A stretch of DNA of 64,000 bases. Origin: a virus. Taxonomy: Duplodnaviria > Caudoviricetes. Below the pieces are notes generated by a model, which was given only the letters and a program-made list of their open reading frames with translations, was not told the origin of the DNA and ran no database searches. Location of the stretch: IMG/VR virus record IMGVR_UViG_3300027969_004220, positions 32,001 to 96,000 of that record, one strand, 5' to 3'. The number at the start of each line of letters is the position of its first letter. The first letter of the stretch is position 1. Positions 45,400 through 56,738 of this stretch are shown one piece after another. The position numbers and the translations under genes are program-made.

Positions 45400-45894
45400 T
45401 TAATTGAAAGCTAATTTTCCTTTCGCTACTGGATCATGTGTGCCCCAAGTATATAGAACTTCACCATCTTGTTGTAGATAATTAGACTTTCCATTAGTTG
45501 GTGTTGAATATATTGCAAGTGTACACATTTTACCAGGTATTTCATTATAACTAATAGTTAGGTCTTCACTTCTTGTAGGCTTTCTAAGAATTTCAATACC
45601 ACCTTCTGGTGAGATTACAGAGAAACTTTGACAAGTTTGTCCAGTCCACTGCATAATACCATATGCGTTCTCATCACCTTGTTTTACTTTATCATATGCT
45701 TCTGCATATAACTTATTAGTTTCATTACTAGATTGTGAATTCTTAGTTATTACTTTTAATCCTTTTTTAACTAAATCTGACTCATATCTTTTTGCCATAT
45801 CTACTAAAGATTTAGTATTATTTTCCATTTTTCTATTAGTTTCATGATCTATATCTAATTCTTCAAAGATTTTGAATGATTTTAAGTATTTCAT
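45400..45894 (-). CDS. Hypothetical protein with N-terminal MKYLKSFKIFEE tag
   Basis: 164 aa. Confidence 0.65.
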   Translation of the reverse strand: MKYLKSFKIFEELDIDHETNRKMENNTKSLVDMAKRYESDLVKKGLKVITKNSQSSNETNKLYAEAYDKVKQGDENAYGIMQWTGQTCQSFSVISPEGGIEILRKPTRSEDLTISYNEIPGKMCTLAIYSTPTNGKSNYLQQDGEVLYTWGTHDPVAKGKLAFN

Positions 45895-45972
45895 AATAAT
45901 TTATTTCTTTTTATAATGTATATATTAAAACAAAAATCACATTTTCTATATAAAAAGAAAATAATTTTTGTA

Positions 45973-46893
45973 ATGCAAAAAGACTCAAAAATATTTATAG
46001 CTGGTCATAAAGGTATGGTCGGTTCTGCTATTTTAAGAAAGCTAACCGAACTAGGTTACACTAATATAATAACTGCTACAAAAGAAGAATTAAATTTAAA
46101 AAATCAAGAAGACGTTAGAAACTTTTTCTGGCATCATTCTTTTGAATATGTCTTCTTATGTGCTGCCAAAGTTGGTGGTATAAAAGCAAATAGTGACTTT
46201 AAAGCAGACTTTATCTATGACAATATAATGATACAATCTAATATCATTCACTCTGCTAAACATTTTGGAGTTAAGAAATTACTTTTCTTAGGTTCATCTT
46301 GTATTTACCCTAAGTTATGTCAACAACCAATCAAAGAAGAATACTTACTAACAGGTTCATTAGAACCAACAAATGATGCTTATGCAATTGCAAAGATTGC
46401 GGGTATTAAAATGTGTCAAAGTTTCAATGAACAATATGGTACTAATTTTATTTCAGTTATGCCAACTAATCTGTATGGTTATAATGATAACTATGATTTA
46501 AAAAATTCTCACGTACTTCCTGCAATGATTAGAAAGTTTCACGAAGCAAAAATCAATGATAATCCACACGTAGAAATATGGGGTGATGGAACACCAATGA
46601 GAGAGTTTTTATTTGTTGATGATCTAGCAGATGCTTGTTTGCATTTAATGGAAAATTACAATGATTCTGAAATAGTAAACATTGGTACTGGTGAAGATAT
46701 AACAATTAAAGACTTAGCTTACTTAGTAAAAGAAGTAGTTGGTTTTAAAGGTAATATACTCTTCAATTCACAAATGCCAAATGGAACACCTAGAAAATTG
46801 TTAGATGTTTCCAAAATTACAAATTTAGGATGGCAATATAAAATATCTCTTAAAGAAGGTATAGAAAAAACATATGTAGAATATGTCAAATAA
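45973..46893 (+). CDS. fcl: GDP-L-fucose synthase
   Basis: AGHKGMVGSA, AAKVGGI, FLGSSCIYP, YAIAK, SHVLPA. Confidence 0.95.
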   Translation: MQKDSKIFIAGHKGMVGSAILRKLTELGYTNIITATKEELNLKNQEDVRNFFWHHSFEYVFLCAAKVGGIKANSDFKADFIYDNIMIQSNIIHSAKHFGVKKLLFLGSSCIYPKLCQQPIKEEYLLTGSLEPTNDAYAIAKIAGIKMCQSFNEQYGTNFISVMPTNLYGYNDNYDLKNSHVLPAMIRKFHEAKINDNPHVEIWGDGTPMREFLFVDDLADACLHLMENYNDSEIVNIGTGEDITIKDLAYLVKEVVGFKGNILFNSQMPNGTPRKLLDVSKITNLGWQYKISLKEGIEKTYVEYVK

Positions 46894-46981
46894 AAGTGTT
46901 TTTATCTCTGGTATAGAAGGATGTCGACTTTTTACAATGGATATCAAGAGATATAGAAATACAAAAAGAATATTTATATAA

Positions 46982-48028
46982 ATGGAAAAAATAAAAAAAG
47001 CACTAATAACAGGAATTACAGGACAATCAGGAAGCCACCTTGCTGATCTCCTTTTAGAGAAAGGTTATGAAGTACATGGTATTATTAGAAGATGTTCATC
47101 ATTTAATACTGCACGTATCGATCATATTTATGATAGAATAAAACTACACTATGGTGATCTAACTGATCCATTAGTTATTTCAGACCTAGTTACGAAAATA
47201 CAACCAGATGAAGTTTATAACTTAGGTGCTCAGTCACACGTTAGAGTTTCATTTGAAATACCTTATTATACCGCACAAGTTGATGGCTTGGGTACTCTGG
47301 TAATACTAGAGGCCGTAAAAAACCACTGTCCTAATGCAAGAGTTTATCAAGCATCTACTTCTGAACTATATGGTGGTATGTCTTATAATATGCCAGTAAC
47401 CGGATACACCGAAGAATCAGTTATGCATCCACGTTCACCTTATGGTTGTGCTAAGATGTATGGTCTTTGGATAACAAAGAACTATAGAGAATCTTATGGA
47501 ATGCATATTAGTAATGGAATACTTTTCAACCACGAAGGTGAAAGAAGAGGTGAGACATTTGTTACCAGAAAAGTCACAATGGCACTAGGTCTTATTAAAA
47601 ACTATTTAGATCACGGTCACACTGATTTTCCTACATTAAAATTAGGTAATCTTTACTCTAAAAGAGATTGGGGATATGCCAAAGATTATGTTTATGGTAT
47701 GTGGCTAATGACACAACAAGACACTCCAGACGATTATGTTTTGGCAACTAATGAAACACACTCAATTAAAGAATTGGTTGACCTAGCTGCTTTAGAATGT
47801 GGAATGGAACTGAAATGGATTGGAGAAGGAATAAATGAGAAGGCTTATTTTGAAGATAATATAATTGTGGAGATTGATGAAAGATATTACAGACCTGCAG
47901 AGGTTGATACACTTTTAGGAGACTATACAAAAGCAAAAGAAAAATTAGGTTGGGAGCCAAAAGTTAAGTTTGAGGACTTAGTTAAAATTATGATGAATCA
48001 TGATATAAAAAATCAACAAACCCCATAA
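46982..48028 (+). CDS. gmd: GDP-mannose 4,6-dehydratase
   Basis: [42 protein letters not shown]. Confidence 0.95.
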   Translation: MEKIKKALITGITGQSGSHLADLLLEKGYEVHGIIRRCSSFNTARIDHIYDRIKLHYGDLTDPLVISDLVTKIQPDEVYNLGAQSHVRVSFEIPYYTAQVDGLGTLVILEAVKNHCPNARVYQASTSELYGGMSYNMPVTGYTEESVMHPRSPYGCAKMYGLWITKNYRESYGMHISNGILFNHEGERRGETFVTRKVTMALGLIKNYLDHGHTDFPTLKLGNLYSKRDWGYAKDYVYGMWLMTQQDTPDDYVLATNETHSIKELVDLAALECGMELKWIGEGINEKAYFEDNIIVEIDERYYRPAEVDTLLGDYTKAKEKLGWEPKVKFEDLVKIMMNHDIKNQQTP

Positions 48029-48720
48029 TGAAGCTTATTATTGAATACTTTAAATCTACAAATCAAAATCGTGATGTAGAATATAAATCTTGTATAAATG
48101 AGAATATTAAGAATACTTTAATTGAAAAGATATATATCTTCATATCAGATGATTCTATACTAGATTTACAATCAGATAAAATTGAAATTGTTAAAATAGA
48201 TAATAGACCTTCATTTAAGTTTTTATTTGAATGGTGTAATACTAATCTACCAGATGAGATTTGTATTGTTGCAAATACGGATATTTTCTTTGATTCGACA
48301 ATCGAACACTTAAAAAACACTGATCTTACTAATACATTTCTTGCTTTAACAAGATGGGACTTAATACTCAAAGATAATCAATGGTTTGTTGATTTTTATA
48401 ATAAGCCTTGGAATCAACATGGTGTAACAACTGGTATGTTATCACAAGATTCTTGGATATTTAAAACTCCTATAAAAATAGATGAACGAAGTAACTTTCT
48501 AATGGGTAAACCTGGGTGTGATAATAGAATTGTTCAGATTTACTTAGAGAACAATTATAATGTTAAAAATCCAAGTATACAGATAGTTAGTAAACACTTA
48601 CATATTTCTAATCACAGAACTTATAATAATACAGATATGGTATTTGGTCCATATCTTTTGGTTGAACCAACCAATGATATAAATATCGATAGCCAAAAGA
48701 AAACAATACCACACTTTTAA
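48028..48720 (+). CDS. GT-A fold glycosyltransferase-like protein
   Basis: IVANTDIFFD, SQDSWIF, GKPGCDN. Confidence 0.65.
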   Translation: MKLIIEYFKSTNQNRDVEYKSCINENIKNTLIEKIYIFISDDSILDLQSDKIEIVKIDNRPSFKFLFEWCNTNLPDEICIVANTDIFFDSTIEHLKNTDLTNTFLALTRWDLILKDNQWFVDFYNKPWNQHGVTTGMLSQDSWIFKTPIKIDERSNFLMGKPGCDNRIVQIYLENNYNVKNPSIQIVSKHLHISNHRTYNNTDMVFGPYLLVEPTNDINIDSQKKTIPHF

Positions 48721-49553
48721 TGAGAGTAGATAAAAGATTTAATTCACAACAAAGTAATGATGCAATTGCTAACTTAGTAAAAGAAAATAAAAGTTTTTTA
48801 ATATCAAGAGTTGGATTAGGTGGAGAAACTGCCATATCTGCTTTAGTATTAGCAAACCAAGAAATACCACAACACGTTTACAATTGGTTTTATATAAATG
48901 CGGGATTCTATGGATCACAAGATTTTTTAACTTATGCCAGATATTATAAATCTGCATGTGACTCTTGTGACTTACATGCATATTGGAACTATCCAGGATT
49001 TATTGAAATGGAAGACTTTTTAGTACCAGAAGAAAAACAACTTGTTGATGTAGGTGCTTTAGAATCTTTTAGATTTGATAACCCTTGGACAGAACATTTA
49101 AAAGGGAAAAAGATACTTATTATAAATCCATTTAAAGAAACAATAGATAAACAACTATTAGTTAAAGATAAGATATGGGAGAATAAAAATATACTACCTG
49201 ATGCAGAATATATTACATATAAGTCTACCCAATCAATTGGTGGTCAAGGTCCCGATAAAGATTGGTATGAATCATATAATAAAATGTGTGAAGATATATC
49301 AAAGATAGACTTTGATGTTGCTTTACTAGGTTGTGGTTCATATGGACTACCACTATGTGATTATATTAAAAATAAATTGAATAAATCCGCTGTTTATATT
49401 GGTGGTGGACTTCAGTTATATTTTGGTATAAAAGGTAAAAGGTGGGAAGGTAGTGAAGACATTACAAAATTCTATAATGAATATTGGGTAAGACCAAATA
49501 CAGAAGAAACACCTACAACAAGTACAATGGTTGAGGGTGGTTGTTACTGGTAA
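48720..49553 (+). CDS. Putative glycan-modifying protein (GT-D-like)
   Basis: ISRVG, DFDVALLGCGSYGLP, IGGGLQLYFGI. Confidence 0.6.
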   Translation: MRVDKRFNSQQSNDAIANLVKENKSFLISRVGLGGETAISALVLANQEIPQHVYNWFYINAGFYGSQDFLTYARYYKSACDSCDLHAYWNYPGFIEMEDFLVPEEKQLVDVGALESFRFDNPWTEHLKGKKILIINPFKETIDKQLLVKDKIWENKNILPDAEYITYKSTQSIGGQGPDKDWYESYNKMCEDISKIDFDVALLGCGSYGLPLCDYIKNKLNKSAVYIGGGLQLYFGIKGKRWEGSEDITKFYNEYWVRPNTEETPTTSTMVEGGCYW

Positions 49554-49568
49554 AAAATAATAAATTAA

Positions 49569-51053
49569 ATGAAAATATACACATATTATACAGAAAGTCA
49601 TAAAGACTTATTTGAAAACTATTTTTCTAAGACTGTAGAAGATTTAGAAATTGATTCAACAATAGGAGAGCAAGAATGTAAAAGTGGTTCTTACTATTCT
49701 GATGGTTGGAAAACAACAACAATGAAAAAGGTTGATGTTTTTATAAAAGCAGTAAATGAAAATATGGGAGATATATTTGTATTTTCTGATGTTGATATAC
49801 AGTTTTTTGGACCTATTAAAGATGCTTTAATACAAGAATTAGGTGAGTTTGATATTGCAATACAAAATGATTATAATGGTGGACTTTGTTCTGGATTTTT
49901 TGTTTGTCGTGGAAATGAGAGAACACTTAAAATGTTTGAAAGTATGAGAGATAATCACGACCAATACTTAGAGGATCAACACGCATTAAATATGAATCTA
50001 AATCATTGCAACTATACGGTCTTATCAACAAGATTTTGGACATTTGGATCATTTGGAACACAATGGAAAAATCAAAACTTTGATATACCAGATAATTTAC
50101 TTATGCACCATTCAAACTGGGTAGAAGGTATTGATAAGAAAGTTGAACTATTAAAAATTGTTAGATTTAAAAATAATCTAAAAAAACAAAACTTATTGGG
50201 TAAAGATAAGTATCAATTATTTCTTAATAATTTCTTTCAGGAATTTAGACCTAATCCTACTTATACAGTTTATCCACCATATCATACAGGTAAATACATA
50301 GAAGGGTTTTTCTTTGATTATTATAATAAGAACTTAAATAGTGATATTTATTATATTCCAGTTGATTGGACAACCTGTTATATACAAAATGTAAGTCTAT
50401 CTTTATTACAAGAAAAGTTACTAAGTTTAGATAAAACTAAAAAGTACTTTACTGTTAGTCAACATGATGATGCAATAAAAGAGTATTTTCCCTATGAAGT
50501 TATAAAATTCTCTGCCGGTGGTAATATGCCAGGAATTCCGATTCCATTAGTTTGTTCACCTATCCCTGAATCTATAAAGGTTATTAGAGATAAAGACATT
50601 TTTTGTTCATTTGTTGGATCCCTTACACATCCAATAAGACAACAAATGGTGAGTGTATTGGGTAAAAACAGTAAATATAATTTACAATATAAAACTTGGA
50701 CTGATAAAGTTAGTCAGTCTGATCTAACTAACTTTATTGATATTACATCAAGGAGTATATTTACACTTTGTCCTAGAGGGTATGGAAAAAACTCATTTAG
50801 AATGTATGAGGCAATGCAATTAGGTAGTATTCCTGTTTATATATATGACGAGGATTGGAGAGCGTTTACTGATACTATAAACTGGGATGAATTTTCTATT
50901 TCCATACATAGTTCAAACCTTAATAATATTGATAGTATTTTATCAAATATTAGTGATGATAAAATAAAACAAATGCAAGAAAATGTCATAAAAGCATATG
51001 ACGATTACTTTTCACTAGAGAGTATGTCAAAACAAATAATAGATAAATTATGA
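49569..51053 (+). CDS. Two-domain glycosyltransferase (GT77-like + exostosin/GT47-like)
   Basis: FSDVD..CSGFF..DQ..LN..HHSNW; SIFTLCPRGYG..SFRMYEAMQLGSIPV. Confidence 0.8.
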   Translation: MKIYTYYTESHKDLFENYFSKTVEDLEIDSTIGEQECKSGSYYSDGWKTTTMKKVDVFIKAVNENMGDIFVFSDVDIQFFGPIKDALIQELGEFDIAIQNDYNGGLCSGFFVCRGNERTLKMFESMRDNHDQYLEDQHALNMNLNHCNYTVLSTRFWTFGSFGTQWKNQNFDIPDNLLMHHSNWVEGIDKKVELLKIVRFKNNLKKQNLLGKDKYQLFLNNFFQEFRPNPTYTVYPPYHTGKYIEGFFFDYYNKNLNSDIYYIPVDWTTCYIQNVSLSLLQEKLLSLDKTKKYFTVSQHDDAIKEYFPYEVIKFSAGGNMPGIPIPLVCSPIPESIKVIRDKDIFCSFVGSLTHPIRQQMVSVLGKNSKYNLQYKTWTDKVSQSDLTNFIDITSRSIFTLCPRGYGKNSFRMYEAMQLGSIPVYIYDEDWRAFTDTINWDEFSISIHSSNLNNIDSILSNISDDKIKQMQENVIKAYDDYFSLESMSKQIIDKL

Positions 51054-51835
51054 ATAAATATTTAATAGTAATTGCTAGATATAATGACTGGCGACAGGAA
51101 TTTTTTGAATCTAACTTTTCTCCAAGAAATAAAGAGTATTGTGATAAATGGGGGTTTAACTATATAGAAATAAAAAATGATACTAATTTAACACTCCATA
51201 GAAATAATCCTACCTGGTGGAAGTTTACCATTGTTAGAGATATGATAAAAGATGGTATTCTAAAGGATGGTGACATTGTAACTCACCTAGATGCTGACAT
51301 GGCAATAGTTGATATGGAACAAGAATTCGTAACAAATAAATCATTCTCTTACTCAATTGACTCTGGTAATACACACTGTATGGGATGCTATAGTATTAAA
51401 ATAAATGATTGGTCAAGAAAAATGATAGATCTTATCTTAGATGAAGATAGATATAAGTTATTAAATGATAAAGTAACTCAACATGAAGCATTTGGACATT
51501 TCTCATCGTTTTGGCATGAATTTAGAGAACAAGCTTCTTGGTACTCACTTGCGGGTGTAAAGAGACATAGCTGGGAACCATTTTTTAATCTTTCTGATTT
51601 TGGATGGCACAGTGATAAAAATGAAACAACCATATATTCTTTAGAAGAATTGTATGAGAATGTAGAAATACTTCCTACTGCTTGGAATGTAACAGAGATG
51701 GTTGGAGAAACAGATGGTCAGTTTAATATAAATAAACTAAGTCCTGATGAAGTAATAATAAGACACTTTTCTGGTGGACAACCTTGGAGAAAAGAATGGC
51801 TTACAAAAAACAATAATAATAATGAAAGAAATTAA
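51050..51835 (+). CDS. GT34-like glycosyltransferase
   Basis: PTWWKF, HLDAD, EQA, WN, HFSG. Confidence 0.65.
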   Translation: MNKYLIVIARYNDWRQEFFESNFSPRNKEYCDKWGFNYIEIKNDTNLTLHRNNPTWWKFTIVRDMIKDGILKDGDIVTHLDADMAIVDMEQEFVTNKSFSYSIDSGNTHCMGCYSIKINDWSRKMIDLILDEDRYKLLNDKVTQHEAFGHFSSFWHEFREQASWYSLAGVKRHSWEPFFNLSDFGWHSDKNETTIYSLEELYENVEILPTAWNVTEMVGETDGQFNINKLSPDEVIIRHFSGGQPWRKEWLTKNNNNNERN

Positions 51836-52697
51836 AATTGGATACTCTGATTTTTGGGGAGAACTAATACCCGATGACAATTATTTTTATAATCTATTAT
51901 CACTAAAATATAAAGTTATAATAGATAATATAAATCCTGATATACTATTCTATACGGTCTATGGAAATAATCATCTCAGATATGATATGAATAAAGTTAT
52001 AAAGATTTTATATACCGGAGAGAACTATAGACCAAACTATAATGAATGTCACTACTCATTATCTTTTGATTACTCTAATGATAGTAGAAACTATAGATTA
52101 CCACTTTGGGTTTTAACTCTTAATTGGTTCGACCGACCATACAGACCGGAGAGAGATCAAGCATACCTTCATTCCGTTGATGATTTTTTAAATAAAAAAC
52201 TATTAGATAAAACAAAATTTTGTAGTTTTATTGCATCTCAACCTAAAGGCAAAAGAATGGAGTTTGTACCTAAATTATATAAATACAAACATATTGATTG
52301 TGGTGGTAGAGTTTTCAACAATATAAACCCAGTAGAAGGTAGAGGTGACCAAATACAAAAGATAGACTTTCTAAAAGACTATAAGTTTAATATTAGTTTT
52401 GAGAATAGTTCTAATCCAGGATATTGTACTGAGAAAATAATACATTCTATGTTTTCAGGTTGTATTCCTATATATTGGGGTGATACGCTAGTTGAAAATG
52501 ACTTTAATCATAATTCATTCTTAGATTTGAATAAATTCAAGTCTGATGAACACTTAATTGATGAGATTATAAAAATAGATAATGATCAAAGACTATATAA
52601 TGAAATTATTAACCAACCATGGTTTACTAATAATCAAATACCAGAATTTGCCAAACCGGAATCGGTTTTATCATTTTTTGAAAAAATAATAAAATAA
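51822..52697 (+). CDS. GT10 alpha-1,3-fucosyltransferase-like
   Basis: YTGEN, YKFNISFENS..GYCTEKI..IPIYWG. Confidence 0.9.
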   Translation: MKEIKIGYSDFWGELIPDDNYFYNLLSLKYKVIIDNINPDILFYTVYGNNHLRYDMNKVIKILYTGENYRPNYNECHYSLSFDYSNDSRNYRLPLWVLTLNWFDRPYRPERDQAYLHSVDDFLNKKLLDKTKFCSFIASQPKGKRMEFVPKLYKYKHIDCGGRVFNNINPVEGRGDQIQKIDFLKDYKFNISFENSSNPGYCTEKIIHSMFSGCIPIYWGDTLVENDFNHNSFLDLNKFKSDEHLIDEIIKIDNDQRLYNEIINQPWFTNNQIPEFAKPESVLSFFEKIIK

Positions 52698-52698
52698 T

Positions 52699-53373
52699 AT
52701 GAAGTTAAATATAGAAAAAGTGTATGTAATACACTATACAAAATTAGAAGATAGAAGAAAAAAAATAATGGATCAATTTTCTAATATCTCTAATTTAGAA
52801 TTCATTAACGATTATGATAAAGATGATCTAAATACTGAAATATTAGAAAAGTTTTACTATCCATCACCAATGGAATGGATAAAAAAAGTATCACCACTTT
52901 GGAATCCAGAAATACACAGGTTTAGAAACCTCAACCTAGCAGAAATATCATGTACAATTAAGCATATTTTGGCAATAAAAAAAATTTCAGAAAATGGAGA
53001 TGGATTTATTATTGAGGATGATCTTTTATTAAAAGAAAATTTTGTTGAGGAATTTAATTTGATGATTTCTAATCTACCTGATGATTGGGATCTAGTGATA
53101 GTTGGTGCGGGTTGTAATTTACATTCAGATAATATTACCAAAGATAAAAGACTTTATAAGGCAAAAAATCCAGCTACTCGATGTTTAGATTCATATCTAA
53201 TTTCACAAAAAGCAGCAAAGAAGATTATGGATACTATTATACCATTTCAATTAGTTTCGGATTGGGAACTAGCATACCATATATACCTACATAATCTTAA
53301 TACCTACTGGTTAGAACCAAGTCCATGTTTTCAAGGTTCTGAATCAGGAGAATATAAATCAACTTTAAGATAA
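52699..53373 (+). CDS. GT25 family glycosyltransferase
   Basis: YVIH..DRR, EISC..KH, IIEDD, SYLIS.KAA. Confidence 0.8.
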   Translation: MKLNIEKVYVIHYTKLEDRRKKIMDQFSNISNLEFINDYDKDDLNTEILEKFYYPSPMEWIKKVSPLWNPEIHRFRNLNLAEISCTIKHILAIKKISENGDGFIIEDDLLLKENFVEEFNLMISNLPDDWDLVIVGAGCNLHSDNITKDKRLYKAKNPATRCLDSYLISQKAAKKIMDTIIPFQLVSDWELAYHIYLHNLNTYWLEPSPCFQGSESGEYKSTLR

Positions 53374-54215
53374 TGGAAGAGATAAATTTAATATGGTTAG
53401 TTAAAAGTGATTACGAAGTAAACTTTTCATTTGATTGGATACAAAATATATTTTCAAATTTTATAATTAAAAATCACTATGATATTGAAAATCAATTTGA
53501 TTTAGTTATCGATAACTCTATTTTAATTGTTTGTGTAAATAAAGACTCTAATGAACGATTGAGTAATTATATAAATGAATATAACAAATTAAGTTTTAAT
53601 TATAGTATTCTACATCTTTCGGATGAAGCATTTGAACAAAACATCGACTTTTACAATGTTTCTAAAAAAATAATTAGAAACTATTATAATAAAGAATATG
53701 TAGAAAAATATAATATATTAACAATACCACTTGGATATCAAACGGGTATTAAGAGGTCAAATATTGATAGAAGTTTAGATATTAATTTTGTAGGACAGTT
53801 AAAATCCGATAGATATGAAATGTTAAATATTTTTAATAGTGTAGATAGTAAATATATTTTATTAACTCAAAGATGGGCAGATCCAAACGGGTTAGGAGTT
53901 AAAGAATTTTCTAATATTTTAAATATAAGTTATTTCACTCTTTGTCCAAGAGGTTGGATAAGTTTAGATAGTTTTAGAATAAATGAGGCCTTAGAATGTG
54001 GATCAATACCTATTACAATATTAGATAATGATGGTACAGACTATTTTATTAAGATATACGGAGAACATCCCTTTATAATTGGACATAATTGGAATGATGC
54101 TTTTGAAAAAATGAATAAATGTAATAAGGAACAACTAAGTTATCTATGTTCAGAGTGGTGGGATAACTATAAAAAGTCTTTGAAATTAAAATTAGAAGAC
54201 TTTATAAAAAAATAA
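53373..54215 (+). CDS. Exostosin/GT47-like glycosyltransferase
   Basis: FTLCPRG..DSFRINEALECGSIP. Confidence 0.75.
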   Translation: MEEINLIWLVKSDYEVNFSFDWIQNIFSNFIIKNHYDIENQFDLVIDNSILIVCVNKDSNERLSNYINEYNKLSFNYSILHLSDEAFEQNIDFYNVSKKIIRNYYNKEYVEKYNILTIPLGYQTGIKRSNIDRSLDINFVGQLKSDRYEMLNIFNSVDSKYILLTQRWADPNGLGVKEFSNILNISYFTLCPRGWISLDSFRINEALECGSIPITILDNDGTDYFIKIYGEHPFIIGHNWNDAFEKMNKCNKEQLSYLCSEWWDNYKKSLKLKLEDFIKK

Positions 54216-54223
54216 TAAAAGAA

Positions 54224-55165
54224 ATGAAAGTATGTTTTCACGATAATGGATTAAGCGTAAGAGGTACATCCAATGCTCTTTGGGATTACGCAGAGCAGTC
54301 ACAAAAGTTATTTAATATTGAACCAATTATTATGTATAACGAAAATTCTATACATAATATGCAAGTTGCAATAGATAGGTTTGAATCCAAATTTGATGTT
54401 TTTTCCTATAAAGAAACTAATCAAATAGATAATATACTTAGAGAACAAAAATGTGATGCGTTTTTTATGATAAAAGGTGGTAGATATGATGGTGTTATAT
54501 CTAACTACTGTGACAATTGGATAAATGCCATTGCAATATGTAATACTAATGATATTCATGGACAAAGATATGCTATGGGATCAAAATGGTTAAGTAAAAT
54601 AACAAATAATCAAATTGACTATGTTTCATATATGGTTAATTTACCAAATATCGAAACTGATCTTAGAGAAAAACTCGGTATACCAAAAAACGCAATCGTT
54701 TTTGGTAGAAATGGTGGTCACGATACATTTGACTTAGACTTTGCAAAACATGCAGTTGTAGAGTCACTTAGATTAAGAAATGATATATTTTTCTTATTTC
54801 AAGGTACTGATAAATTTTATGAACACGAAAGAATTATTTATCTACCAGCATCTCCTGATTTAGATGAGAAGGTTGAATTTATAAATACGTGTGATGTATT
54901 ACTACATGCTAGAGATATTGGTGAATCTTTTGGTTGTACCTGTGCAGAATTCTCTATGAGAAATAAACCAGTTATAACATGGTTTGGTTCAAAGGAAAGA
55001 AACCATATAGACTACTTAGGTGATAAAGGTTTCTATTATAATAATTATGATGAATTGTTAAAAATTTTAATAAACTTTGAACCAAATAATAGTATAAACT
55101 GGAGATGTTATGATGAATGTCTACCAGAGGTAGTAATGGAAAAATTCAAAAAAATATACCTATAA
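54224..55165 (+). CDS. GT-B (GT4-like) glycosyltransferase
   Basis: RGT..ALWDYA, GESFG...AEF..KPVIT. Confidence 0.75.
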   Translation: MKVCFHDNGLSVRGTSNALWDYAEQSQKLFNIEPIIMYNENSIHNMQVAIDRFESKFDVFSYKETNQIDNILREQKCDAFFMIKGGRYDGVISNYCDNWINAIAICNTNDIHGQRYAMGSKWLSKITNNQIDYVSYMVNLPNIETDLREKLGIPKNAIVFGRNGGHDTFDLDFAKHAVVESLRLRNDIFFLFQGTDKFYEHERIIYLPASPDLDEKVEFINTCDVLLHARDIGESFGCTCAEFSMRNKPVITWFGSKERNHIDYLGDKGFYYNNYDELLKILINFEPNNSINWRCYDECLPEVVMEKFKKIYL

Positions 55166-55181
55166 AAAAATAAATTTAAAA

Positions 55182-55967
55182 ATGACTAAAATAACACTAT
55201 GTATAACAACACATTGTATAAAAACAGAAAGCCATGGAATCTATACTGGTATACAGAATACTGTTCCCTCAGCACCATCAACTAGACTAATTGAAAACAT
55301 TATAGATGACTTTTTCAAAAAATCATCCATAGATCCAGAAGATGTATATATACACATAGGATATGATAAAAGAAATAATCGACCAATTGATGAACAATAT
55401 CATCAAAATTTAATTGAATTGAAAAATAAGTTTAAACACTATGAACTAATAGTTAATTCATCGGATATAACTGATCCAATTATCACAGCACCTATAAATT
55501 TTTTAAACTTAATCAATTCGGTTAAAACAGATGTTTATATTTTCTGGGAACATGATTGGATTTTGAAAAGAGAAATTGACTTAAATCCAATCATAGATGA
55601 AGTACTTTTAAATGATAAAGTAAATTATATTAGATTAAATCAATTTGATAATAATAATATAAGATATGATAATCTTATACAAGATGGTAAAATCCCATCT
55701 GATAAAATTCCTTTGATAGCCACCTTTAGATGGTCAAATAATCCATATATATGTAAAACTAAAATTTTTCAAAATTGGTGGTCAACATTTGTTTATTCAA
55801 CCTCAAATGAAGGTGGATTTGTAGAAGGACCATTAAATGAATTCTATAAATTTTACATCGATAAGATGGGATTTGACATGGCATCAGAAAAATTTGGATG
55901 TTTTGTATATGGTAACTGGGATGATGAATCCATAGTAGAACACTTAAATGGAAATGCTTGGTACTAA
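55182..55967 (+). CDS. GT2-like glycosyltransferase
   Basis: YIFWEHDW, WSNNP. Confidence 0.6.
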   Translation: MTKITLCITTHCIKTESHGIYTGIQNTVPSAPSTRLIENIIDDFFKKSSIDPEDVYIHIGYDKRNNRPIDEQYHQNLIELKNKFKHYELIVNSSDITDPIITAPINFLNLINSVKTDVYIFWEHDWILKREIDLNPIIDEVLLNDKVNYIRLNQFDNNNIRYDNLIQDGKIPSDKIPLIATFRWSNNPYICKTKIFQNWWSTFVYSTSNEGGFVEGPLNEFYKFYIDKMGFDMASEKFGCFVYGNWDDESIVEHLNGNAWY

Positions 55968-56731
55968 TGAAAATACTTTTAATTATACACGGTCTTGTTA
56001 GACCTAATTTGGATTCCGTTTTAGAAATAAAAAGAGTTCTATTAGAAAACTTCAAAGAGTATGAATGTCATACTCTTTTATCAACTTGGTTTAATGATCA
56101 AGGTCTAGATCAAGACTCTAAACATTATGAACTAGATATAGATGAAATAAAAAGTAATTTTAACTATTATCTAATAGATAAACAACCAACTAAAAATGAA
56201 CTTTTATCACAAATAAAAAGTTTACCTAGTTTGGATATATCTAAAAATACACATCTTTCAAATATATATGGGTATTTTCATTTTTATAAGAAAAATAATT
56301 TAATTGCTAACTTATTTCAAGATTATGATTATTATGTTTTTTGTAGAAGTGACTTAAAAATTATAGTTAGGGATATTAAATTACAAAAATTCTCTTTACC
56401 AAAACTTTTTTGGAAAAATAATGGAAATACAAATGAATTAAATGATCATTTTTTTATTTCCAATAAGGATACATTTTTGAAAGTTTTTAAAGAGCTTTCA
56501 ATTGATAATATTAATGAACTTTGTTACTTAGATAGTCCAGAAAAAGTTTTCACAGAACTTATAAAAAGAAATGTTACTGAATTTAATATTATTGAGAATA
56601 ATTGTATAGAAGAATACTATATTGTAAGAGAATATAGAAAATGGGAACAATCAGACTTGGATGAAGTTGGAAGAGATAGTACACAGGTATCTATTGATAA
56701 CTCTCTAAATATTAAACGATCTAAAAAATAA
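55967..56731 (+). CDS. Putative glycan biosynthesis protein
   Basis: HGLVR, LSTW, YDYYVFCRSD, NDHFF, PE. Confidence 0.55.
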   Translation: MKILLIIHGLVRPNLDSVLEIKRVLLENFKEYECHTLLSTWFNDQGLDQDSKHYELDIDEIKSNFNYYLIDKQPTKNELLSQIKSLPSLDISKNTHLSNIYGYFHFYKKNNLIANLFQDYDYYVFCRSDLKIIVRDIKLQKFSLPKLFWKNNGNTNELNDHFFISNKDTFLKVFKELSIDNINELCYLDSPEKVFTELIKRNVTEFNIIENNCIEEYYIVREYRKWEQSDLDEVGRDSTQVSIDNSLNIKRSKK

Positions 56732-56738
56732 TAAAAAA

